This document shows, piece by piece, positions 53,642 through 64,000 of a DNA stretch of 64,000 nucleotides (position 1 is its first letter; each line of letters begins with the position of its first letter). The stretch lies in NCBI GenBank assembly GCA_964035545.1, contig OZ037767.1, positions 4,170,707-4,234,706 on the forward strand, in the 5' to 3' direction. Source of the DNA: Bugula neritina (Eukaryota > Animalia > Bryozoa). The position numbers and the translations under genes are program-made. The notes below the pieces were generated by a model, which had not been told where the DNA came from, did not search any database, and saw nothing but the letters and a program-made list of their open reading frames with translations.

Positions 53642-55588
53642 GAGTGGTACATAATGATAGTGGTAATTACTACAAGTACATAGTGATAGTCATAGTTATT
53701 GACTAATCAACTATGATACTTAGTCTTACTATGAGTATGACTAACAGTAACAGTATTTCCACGAGTATCAGTATGAGTATGTCTGAGTATTAGTATGAAT
53801 ATCACTATCAGTATCATGTGTGATACTCATACTGATAGTAGCAGATATATAGAAAAAATTGCAACTCTTTTACTAGAATGAACTTTATTCTAGTAGCTGT
53901 AAAACTAATAGTAATAGAGTAGCAATGTTTTATAAAGTGCTAAATTGTTGTACATTAACTTTAAGTAACAAATACACCTACTACTACCTACTACTCATTT
54001 ATACCTGTATATTTTGTTATTAGAATTATTACAACTTTAGCCAACAGTAAAAATAAAATTACATATGTTTGGAGTTTCTATGGGTTAATAAGAGTTTGTC
54101 ATTAACTTTTTTTAGCCATTTATTTTAAAATGGAAGATAATCACACAATAGTGGGTTGTTTTAATAACTTAATAGTAGTAACATTATGCTACCATAAAAT
54201 ATCATTAAAATTAATTTAAGCATCATTGTATGGCATGTTATATTGGTATACTATGTATTTCAAAATAATCATATTTATAAACTCGAAGTCTAATAGATTT
54301 TATGAAAAATAAACAAAATTTATAGTAAGTAATGAACATGCTAATACTCATAGATTAGCTCTATTAATTACATAAGCAGTGTATCTGGTTTACTTTATCT
54401 CTTAAGCGACCAGACTGTTTAGTTTTGCTCCACCTTAATGAAGTTTTGTTGAATATTACTAACAAATATTTTGGTTCATATGCTATACTTCTCATGTAGA
54501 CTATATAATATGTTATATCATGGGATGTGTATTGTATGACAAATTTCAATTTAGAACAACATCTTTATGATATTCATTCATCAGATGAAATGTTTCAGCT
54601 TCCGTTGATATAATCAGGTGTACAACTGAATAGAGAGGGGGTTTGCACTGTGGTACCAAAAAACAAAGGCTTGTATTTTTATAATGGCAGACACAGCTGC
54701 AGTGAAATTAATGAATTCATTCCTATAATCAATGCAATTATACTTATTCTTTACTACTGAAACATGTTCTATTTTAATGAGAAACATAATAATGTGAGCT
54801 GCAGCATCACTACATGTTATCTGCTGCATTATATACTAATTTACATAGCTGATAGCATCTAATTCCAGAGTTAACCACTCATTGCCAGTGCTAAATTATT
54901 GTAGACCCAGTAAAAGGCCTATCCAAGCTATATTTTTATCTGTTCTGCCACTGTTTTTGTGTCTGAGGGAGTTGGCATAATTTTGGCAGCTTCAGGTCAC
55001 AAGCTTTTGTAACATTCATTTGAGTTGTTTAAGAATTTCTGTCAAGCAGGCCCTCCAATCCAAGAGAAATAAACCCAATAGGGAAAAATAATTGATGTTC
55101 AAAACTGCCAATTGTTCCAGATTGCATTAGACAGGGGAGTTAACCCCAGGGATTTGATCTAATTATGCTGTACAATGATACTGTTTGATACCCCCTATGT
55201 TTATCAATGGTGTAACCAGTTACTTGTTTATTATTATTGCACAAACTGTTTATTGGCCGTTGTAACTCTAGCTGTGTTAGCAGCGTTGCCAATGGACAAG
55301 TCTATCTTGATGGATTGCATAACACCATGAACTGACCCTGGGCAAATATGCATTCATCAGTATGATAATGCTAAGTTATTCACTTCCTCTCCATAAGTTT
55401 CGTATGTCACAGACAACTGTCACCATTAAACCGATTAGCAGCTCTACATCTTGTAACACTGACTTTGATTTTAAAAACTCTGAAAAACTAGTGGTTTTTC
55501 TATGTCAATTGTAATTTTTAGGACAGTTTTGGGAAGACTATTAGTTGAATGACCAGCCTTTGAGAATTTGGAAGTTGTTCTACTGCTG

Positions 55589-58500
55589 ATGCCCCTGTTC
55601 AAAAAGAATCAGCGATATAAGGTCTCTCGTAGGTCCGACTTTATTCAATCTGTGACACTTCTCGATGGAACGCAGATGGAATGCAACCTTGCTGCAGATA
55701 GTCTTCCCATGGACTGTCTGCAGAATGTACTTCAGCGGCTGGAAGTCCGAGAGGTAGGGCTTGTTGTATACAGAGCAAATTAGTTAAAAGGCTGAATAGG
55801 AATTAAATCTTTAACAAATTTTGAAGATGTTTGTAATGAACTGTATAATAATTTAATTTGATAATGTAATGTGTTGTAGTATAGTGTAATGCAATAATGT
55901 AATGTGTTGTAGTGTAGAGTAATTGGATAATGTAATGTATTATAGTGTAGAGTAATGGGATAATGTAATGTGTTGTAATTTAGAGTAATGTAATATAGAG
56001 TAATTGGACAATGTAATGTATTTTAGTGTAGAGTGTTGTGATAATGTAATTTTTTATTACTAAATTGTTGGATCTCTGAAACTTGGCAAGAAGTTTTTCA
56101 GTTTAGACACTGTTTAGCTTTTGAACACCTCCCAGCATACCATTATACAAGACTTTGTGCTACTCAGTGTGTTGTTACTGTAGAATCTAATATTTTGCCT
56201 AATTAATAACGCATTTGTTAGATTCAAATGGTTGTTAGTTAGATTGTACTGAGCACTCCTACCTGCCAAGTAGGCTATTGAATACTATAATTATCATACA
56301 GGTGAGGTATATGTAATGTCAATGAACCAGACTGAATATAGCCCTCCACATGGTATAGTCATGTTATTGGCAGATTATCTGAACCCTGGGTTGTGGTGAA
56401 TCAAACTAAATCTGCATTAATACCATTTCCCTAACTATAACTTTACCCTAGGGTCTTGTTGTGATATGCTAAGTCAAATCAATTAGTTTAGAGCCATGAA
56501 TACTGAATATTTTGACTACCAGAATGCACCATGGCATACATAACAAAGTTGAACTATTTTTTAAGGATCTATAGTTTGACTGTTGCGCAATCATATTGGT
56601 ATGAGGCAGGTTATCATTATGAGTCAGTTTATTGGAATGTTGATTACTGATAATGATATTTTTTAGTAGACAATAGCTGTAATATGGCTTACAAGTCACT
56701 TCCACATTTCCTATATTAACCAATACTGACTTTTATGCTCTTTGTATGCAGGCACAATATAAGCCTTTTCTCCTTTCAGGTAGCATTATTCGGCCTCAAG
56801 TACTTTACCCCAGCCGGCCAGTTGAGATGGGCCGACTTCGATATGCCCCTTAAAAAACAGCTGGAGAAATACGCTAGCTCTCAAATGCTGTGTATAGGTA
56901 TATTCTATTATATTGAAAAGGCTTATGCATTACAAGACGAGCCCACAAGGTAAATTACTTTTGTTGTTGTTTCATTAAGCTGTATTGATTTCTTCCTAAA
57001 TTAGTTGTACTAAGTGTACACTTGAAAGGCTAAAGACTTTTTATAATAATTTATCGTAGACAGCACAGTAATGGTTATTGCTTTGTATTTGCATGTTGAG
57101 TATATGCATTACTAGCTAGTAATGAGCTAATCCTAAAGTCAAATGTGACATTCTTTCTACAACTATATGTCTTATATTATACCGCATGTAGGATAATCTG
57201 CCAATACTTGACAATGTCAATACACTGCACTCAGGTCTAGTCAAACTTGTTCTATTTTGTGGTATTAAATAAACATTGCTAGGCACCTTGGTGTTAAAGG
57301 AGTAGTAAAAACCTTAGCCCTGGGTTTTCAATAATCTGCTTGCTTGCTATTTCTAGTGTTCGATTAAAAATTCTTACGGAGTGCTGAAAAATGCTGGTAA
57401 TTTCGGTTTAAAGTAGTGCTCTGATATTGATTGCGATGCAAAGCAAAGTAGTGCAAGTTGTTGGTAATGCAATACATTGCAATCACTGTAAAGTAGGTAA
57501 TGTACTGTAAAGTAGGTAATGTACTGTAAAGTAAAGTAGGTAATGTACTGTAAAGTAAAGTAGGTAATGTACTGTAAAGTAGGTAATGTACTGTAAAGTA
57601 AAGTAGGTAATGTACTGTAAAGTAGGTAATGTACTGTATGGTGATATAATTACTGTTTGCAGGTATCAGTACTACTTACAGCTTAAGTCAGATGTGTTGG
57701 ACAGCAGGTTATACTGTACACTAGAACAGGCTATACTCTTAGCTGGCTATGCTTTGCAAGGTATGTGTTTACTTTGTGTAAATACTCAGCCTTACCTCTC
57801 TATAACCCCTCTCCCCCCAACCAACTCTCACACCCCTAACCATCTCTCACACCCCCAACCATCTCTCACACCCCCAACCATCTCTCCCCCCAACCATCTT
57901 ACTGCTAGTTGAGTAGAGGTAGGTGCAGTAATAGAGAAATTGAGAAAATCCTGTATTCTAGATTAGAAATGTAGCAAAGGAAGTTAAAATCTTGGGGGAA
58001 TCTCAACCCTAAACCAAAGTTCATCAAAAAAATTTAAGAACTTGGACATCTCAATATTCTCACCACTGCACCTAAATATTATCCAATTTTTCAACGTTTC
58101 TTCTAAGTTTATAAATGTCTTTATTTATTTTTCCGAAACCCACAATTCTGTTGCCTCTTAGTATATCAGAAACTGCTGTGTAAACCTGGCTATTTACCTG
58201 TAACTTTATGTCAGGTGTAAGGGAGCAGCCGTGGTCTAGGGGTTAGAGCGTTTGCTTAGTAAACACGAAGGTCATGGGTTGGAGCCCAGTAAAGGCCATT
58301 GGTGATGTTAGGAAGAGCATCCAGTCATAATTGCTCCTGTGCCCCATCTGAATAAGTCCTTAGCCTGCTTTTAAAAGACTTTTTACTATCACTATCCCTG
58401 TGAAAACCATCAGAGGGTTCTCACAGGGATAGTGACTGTAAACTTACGTGAGTTTTTCATGCCAGGTGTAGGGAATGACTATCGGGTATTATTTCACACC

Positions 58501-60804
58501 TTATCAATATGTATGAGTCATTGGTCCCATGACAATGTAGCACTTAGGAATTTCCTGCCCCCACCCCATTACCCTTGTCGCGGAATCCATGCTAATGTTT
58601 AGTGCGAGAGTGTGGTAAGATTGTGACCACCTCTTGAACGTAATCTCTAGTACAGTTTATCAAGAGCCATCTAGTTTGAAGTTGATGCAATTTTGTTGTG
58701 AAGTTGGATCTTTTTAATGGAGATATTTATATAAGTTACAGTGGTTAGGTGCAGCCCGTGAACTTTTATAGACCTCATGACAATCTATGCTGTAATTTAT
58801 GTTAACCTAGACTTTCTGTACTCTTTTAGCCGAGTATCAGAATTATGACGATGCCAGACAATCCCCTGAGTATATCAAAGAGATAGAAAGATTAGACAAC
58901 ACTCTACTACCTAGAGTAAGTAGTTACCAACACTCTGCTACCTAGAGTAAGTAGTTACCAACAGTTTGATCTCTCCGTGTACTATACTATGTTATTATAC
59001 TCATCACCAATGACCTCTCTATATACTATACTATGTTATTATACTCATCACCAATGATCTCTCCGTATACTATGCTATGTTATTATACTCATCACCTATG
59101 ATCTCTACAGAACCTGGTGGCGGAGTACCACAGCACGTCAGCCCTGGCGGACATAGCTCAGCATATAGTAACCAGTCACATAGCGCTGTCCGGGATGAGC
59201 TCCAGTCAAGCTGAGATAGCCTACATTCACCTCGCCCAGCAGATGGACAGTTGCGGAGTCGAGTACACCAAGGCTGTTGTGAGTCACCATCCCTAAGGCT
59301 AATGTAGTAGAAAATAGTGTAACTTATATGATTTTGTTTGTTTAGCAGATTTGGCTGGTCAGTATTCATGCAATACTATGCTGAAAACACAATATGCAGG
59401 GCAATTAAAAATTAAACATAATTTCTCTATGAAACAAACTGTAGTGCATTCCTATTTTTTAAGATTATGTTCTCTTGATTGGTTGATTGATTGATTTATT
59501 ACATATCACAGACATGAAAACATGTTGCGAAATTCAGTGTAAATACTGGCCTCAACAAGTAGACATGATGGTTATCTTTTTCACTGTAATTATTTTAATA
59601 GTTTTGAGGCAATCCATTTCTTTTGAAAGTATATCAATACTAATTTGCTCACATGTTGAACAGTTTTTGTAAGTGGAGGAGAGAGACCAAGTAAAAAATT
59701 AGCATAGGTTTGTAACTACTGTTGAGTATTTTACTGGGGAGTTGTAAATGTTCTCGGTGTTGGGATCTCAAGCTACAAGGAGCTGTAGAGATTTTGTCTT
59801 AGCATCCACTGTATTCTTCAATGATTTGTTCACCATTCCTGCATATGTTATCTCAAAGCCTCATCGAAAAACCTAATTAGATATGCTCTACTGAATGGTT
59901 TATATTTAGAATATACAGCACTTCCTTAGTCTGCACCCAGACTTGCACTTAACTGCTAGTAGCTTATATTGCGATAATCTATTATAAGTAATAACACTTC
60001 ATGCTCTCTCTCTTTCATGTTGTTAGGGTAACCTTTGTAAGAAATGTTCTTATGTTGGTATTAATGATTACGTTTGCTATGATATAGCAGAAACTACAGG
60101 CTAAAGTATTTCCTTTTATGAAATATTATTATACATTCCGTTGGTATATATACTTCATATAGGTTTGGTATGTGCATATTAATTGCGTAATTAATTACTA
60201 AGACATTTGAAAGGATCTATAAATAGATGTAAGGTATAGGTGCTTGTCCTTAGGTATCATTATTGTGAAGGTATTAATCCAATTGAGTGATTTTCAAATT
60301 GATTGAATATTCCTAGTAAAACGTCAATGTAATGATTCATAGTTAGTCATAGTCACGATACAGGATGATTGTATCGGAATGATAATCCACCTTAGTAGTT
60401 CAGGTGAGCGTGCATTCCCAACACTTCCTTGGCTGATGATAGCACAAAGCTGAAGTACTATACAAACACATATGTTGCTATCTCACATTTTTCCTGCTTT
60501 ATTGTAGTTGATGGTGTTTTATGGTTATATGCACAAGTGTGTTGAGTAATTTGCTATCTGTTGACAAAGTGTTCTCTGGTGTATTGCAACATGTGTTTTT
60601 AATCTGAACAAGTTAGGCTAAAGACAAATACTAAGGAAATTTCATTTAAATTTTGGTTTAAAGCCATGACTAAGTATAATTGTATGGTACTTGTTTTTGG
60701 TAAATTGGATTTATCTTACCTTAGTAATAGTTGAATGGTTCATTGTAATACTATTTTGACATTTATTAATAAATACGCTAATCAATCGATATTAAAGAAT
60801 ATCT

Positions 60805-60890
<86 letters not shown>

Positions 60891-63667
60891 AATTATAATG
60901 TAGTATAAAAGTAGCAGGCCTGCTAGCTGTTGTTAGAGATGAGTTCTTATTTATAAATATCTTATTTCTTGTTCCTAGACCGTTGATGGTGAAGAAGTGT
61001 ACATAGGCAGTTGCAGCACTGGTATAACAGTGCGCAGACAAAATGGCAACCCTATACGACAATTCTCTTGGTCACAGATTTCAGAGCTTACCTGCTTCAA
61101 GAAATACCTACAGGTTAATGTTACTACGAGGAAGCTGTCTACAAAGTTCATCCTGGTAAGTGTTACTAGGGGTTGTGTTCTCCTGTCTCTATACTATATA
61201 ACTTGTGCATATATACCATAAATTAAAATGTATTTATTCTAATAAGTTCTATACAGTCCTACTTTACTGATGCCCAATTAGTTTAGATCATTGATAAAGG
61301 TCACCTAAGTTCACAGATAAAGGTCAACTATATATATTCTAGCTTTAAGTCGAATTACATTTCATCTATACGTTATTTATACAGGAAAATGTGGATACCG
61401 CCAAGTATGTCCACCGAGTGTTCACTCTGCAGCAGGAGTTCTTCCATGATTCTCCAGAGCCACCACTTTACAGGTGAGAAAATCTTAGCGGACTTCTGTC
61501 CCAATATCCTAAAGGACTTCTGTCCCAATACCCTAGAGGAATTCTGTCTCAATATGCTAGAGGAATTCTGTCTCAATACCCTAGAGGACTTCTGTCCCAA
61601 TACCCTAGAGGACTTCTGTCTCAATACCTTGAAGGACTTCTGTCCCAATACCCTAGAGGACTTCTGTCCCAATACCCTAGAGGACTTCTGTCCCAATACC
61701 CTAGAGGACTTCTGTCCCAATACCCTAGAGGACTTCTGTCCCAATACCCTAGAGGACTTCTGTCCCAATACCCTAGTGGACTTCTGTCCCAATTGGCATA
61801 AGTCTTTCAGTTGAACTCTAATGTACAGTGTAGAGTATTTACTGGTCATCTATTGGTGTAGACTTTAGTGTTGATCTGAAGGTTCAGCTTAAAACACGTC
61901 ATATATTTTAGCTTGCTCACAGCTGTTATGTAAGTACCTCAGGCTAGAGTTTGATTCCAGTATGATTTCTTTGATCACAATTGATCACAATGTAGAATGA
62001 ATGACATTGTGTAATTTGTAGTCATCGGTAATTCTATGCTGTGATTAGTCATTAGATAGAAATGTTCTAGTAGCTTCTATCTACTCAATACATTAATAGA
62101 TTCTGTTGTAAAGTATATATGTTCATATACTGAGTATACATTACAGTAAAACTGTAGAACCAGATATGCTTTTTAATTACTAAAAATATCAAGTACTTGT
62201 AAAGCATTTGTTTATAGTAGCAAAAAAGGAGCCATTTTTACTAGGATCTTAAAAAGTTTGGTAATTTGGTTTTACCTGTAAGTTACTCAACTGTGCTACT
62301 AAAATACGATGTCGAAATCCTGCATATGTGCTAAGACTATCTTTTATTGACAGTTTATATTCACCAATCTCCAATATATCAATCTGTGTTTGTTAGCAGC
62401 CAACTTTGTTGGGATTTATTCCGAGTGTAAGCATATCTCCATTACTTTATTTCTACTTGGCTGTACTTTCTATTCTAACGTGATAATTTGTAGTGATGAA
62501 GATTTAGCTGCTCAACAATATAAGAAAGAGCCTCTACTCTCCCCTACCAGGTGCGCTATACTTGTAATATTCTAACTGCAGGCTGTTACAAACCTTGGTC
62601 ATATTGTTGTGGTGTTGTATTGAATATATAACTAAGCGAAGTTACTGTAATAGTGTTTAGACTGTATTTGTGAACAATCTGGATATTATTTGCTGATATT
62701 TGTGCCCAGGCATGCAACTCAGCTCAGCAATATCAGTAACTCCGTCATCTACGACTCGACTCTAACTCGAGAGAAAGCTGTAGATGTCATTGAAGAGGAA
62801 CCAGCTACCTCTGAAGACAGTGAAGATGGTAACTAATCATTTATAGACTATCGTTCTATATATAGCCTTAGCTGTTGATATTGTAGAAGAATTATGTAGG
62901 ATGTATAGTGGTGTGAGTAAATAGTACTCATGGCTCTAAGGCTTCTGGTCATGTGTCATCTGTCAGATGGCTCTGTTCAAAGAGTGATGCCGGTTATGCA
63001 GTGTAATTGCTGTGTGAAGGATTTATCTTTAGAGAACTTTGCAAGGTTTTATAAGACTCAGCAAACTAAGGTCATAATTTGTTTCTTTTGTTTTGCTGGT
63101 TTGAGAAAAGATAACTCCTATTTATGTACATTTCTAAGATGATTTATCTTAATATCTATCAGCTATGACCAAAAACTTATAAGTATTAATATATTATTTT
63201 TCAAGTTTACAGTAACTCAGATAACAATTCTTGTGCAGTTGCAGCATTATTTCTTACACTCAGCTTTAAGGTAGCAAATATGATATGGTATAGTGTGGTT
63301 TCTTGGTCTATGCTCTATTCTATCCAGTGACAGTCAAGTTTGTCATATAATCTACCTTGTAGATAGCGGTGATGGTATTGCTAACACAAGCATTACAAGG
63401 GAAGCAACTCCAGATTTATTAGATAATCAGTATGACAGTGAATACGCGACGATGAAGTTTAAGAAGGACCCGGTTCCACTTTCGGAAAGGCCGAGAGCCA
63501 TGACGGCGTCTTTATATGCCGGCAGCCGTCAAACGCCGCTGCTAGATCAGTTACATAAGAATGACCTGCTGCACAGGTCAATGACAGCATTGCAGGAGTA
63601 CAGAGACTCCCTGGAGCAGCAGCAGCTCCCAGGCTCTCAGTCTAACGCTGCCGACGTCGTCTCTAAT
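55589..63667 (+). CDS. PTPN14: FERM-domain protein tyrosine phosphatase PTPN14/PTPN21 (Pez) homologue, 5' part; continues beyond the window
   Basis: Exons 55589-55753, 56780-56949, 57663-57760, 58830-58915, 59111-59278, 60979-61155, 61385-61473, 62494-62550, 62710-62828, 63363-63667, all in phase. The N-terminus RYKV..LLD...EC.L...QRLEVRE..FGL..RW...[38 protein letters not shown] matches the PTPN14/21 FERM domain. The phosphatase domain is not in the window. Confidence 0.85.
55860..56050. repeat. Degenerate tandem repeat (ATAATGTAATGTGTTGTAGTGTAGAG-type)
   Basis: About 5-6 imperfect units in the first coding intron of PTPN14. Confidence 0.75.
57485..57637. repeat. 19/24-bp minisatellite just upstream of a PTPN14 acceptor
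   Basis: Unit ACTGTAAAGTA(AAGTA)GGTAATGT, about 7 copies. Each contains AG|GTAAT. Confidence 0.9.
57795..57900. repeat. C-rich ~19-bp tandem repeat (AACCATCTCTCACACCCCC)
   Basis: About 5 units starting about 35 nt after the donor at 57761. Confidence 0.8.
57912..58076 (+). mobile_element. MITE-like repeat, copy 3
   Basis: TAGGTGCAGT...ACTGCACCTA imperfect inverted ends. The body is similar to 11521-11693. Confidence 0.7.
58221..58450 (+). mobile_element. tRNA-Thr(AGT)-derived SINE
   Basis: The head GCCGTGGTCTAGGGGTTAGAGCG..CTTAGTAAAC..GGTCATGGGTT resembles tRNA-Thr(AGT). It is followed by a non-tRNA body shared with the copies at 48643 and 63770. Confidence 0.8.
58898..59110 (+). repeat. 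Intron built from two arrays: a 31-bp donor duplication and 44-bp acceptor-side repeats
   Basis: AGA|GTAAGT at 58916 and 58947. GATCTCT..TACTATACTATGTTATTATACTCATCACC units at 58968, 59012, 59056, ending GATCTCTACAG| at 59110. Confidence 0.9.
60807..60890. repeat. (TA)n microsatellite
   Basis: About 40 TA units. Confidence 0.97.
61490..61793. repeat. 24-bp minisatellite just after a PTPN14 donor
   Basis: Unit GACTTCTGTCCCAATACCCTAGAG, about 12.5 copies, starting about 16 nt after the donor at 61474. Confidence 0.95.
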
Positions 63668-63769
63668 GTTAGTTTCTTTATGAGTAGTTTATGTTAATAG
63701 TAAATGCTGATTTGTCAGAAGTTTATATTATCATAATGTAATAAAGCTCACGCTAGTTTATAGGTACAC

Positions 63770-63946
63770 TCCCTGTAAACAAACCCTGATGGCAAGAGTT
63801 TTTAAAAGTAGGACTCATTCATATGTGGCACAGAAGTAATTATGACTGGATGCTTTTTTCAACATCACCAATGGCGTTTACTGGGGATCGAACCCATGAC
63901 TTTGTGTTTACTAAGCCAACACTCTAACCCCTAGACCACGGCTGCT
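63770..63946 (-). mobile_element. tRNA-Thr-derived SINE, reverse copy
   Basis: The reverse complement reads GCAGCCGTGGTCTAGGGGTTAGAGTG..TAGTAAACAC..GGGTTCGATCCCCAGTAAACGCCATTGGTGATG..GCATCCAGTCATAATT. Confidence 0.8.
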
Positions 63947-64000
63947 TTCTGTATAATGCAGCTGCTTTATCTTTTCAAGTGTATTTGAACTATTTATTAC

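Noticed and set aside
58221-58295. Functional tRNA-Thr gene
   Set aside because: The acceptor and T arms are imperfect, there is no terminator, and the sequence continues into a body shared by dispersed copies, so it is a SINE head.
26400-61800. CRISPR-like appearance of the 24-44 bp arrays
   Set aside because: The units are head-to-tail with no unique spacers, the context is eukaryotic and intronic, and there are no cas genes.
61373-61849. ORFs with DFCPNTLE / VLGQKSSR repeats
   Set aside because: The 24-bp intronic unit is open by chance. In the PTPN14 reading frame the exon ends at the donor at 61474.

Overview
AT-rich, intron-rich invertebrate (metazoan) genomic DNA, not prokaryotic. 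Gene models built by hand from GT-AG sites and reading-frame phase: two head-to-head sigma-class GST paralogues, ADAT3, a 3-RRM ELAV/Hu-like gene with an unusual ~390-aa Gln/Met/Asn-rich tail, DNase II, a small mucin-like membrane protein, a mitochondrion-targeted fungal/bacterial-type cysteine synthase, SPATA7 with an intact but catalytically degenerate hAT/ZBED transposase gene nested in one intron, and the 5' part of PTPN14/21 (Pez). Mobile DNA includes a TTAA-flanked Kolobok-like MITE, tRNA-Thr-derived SINEs, a second MITE-like family, and LINE relics that carry hammerhead-ribozyme motifs. The most striking pattern is that unrelated minisatellites repeatedly sit on exon-intron junctions and copy the splice site itself (up to ~16 decoy acceptors or 8 decoy donors). 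In the four arrays traced, every decoy leads to a stop codon or frameshift. Family assignments come from remembered motifs, not database searches.
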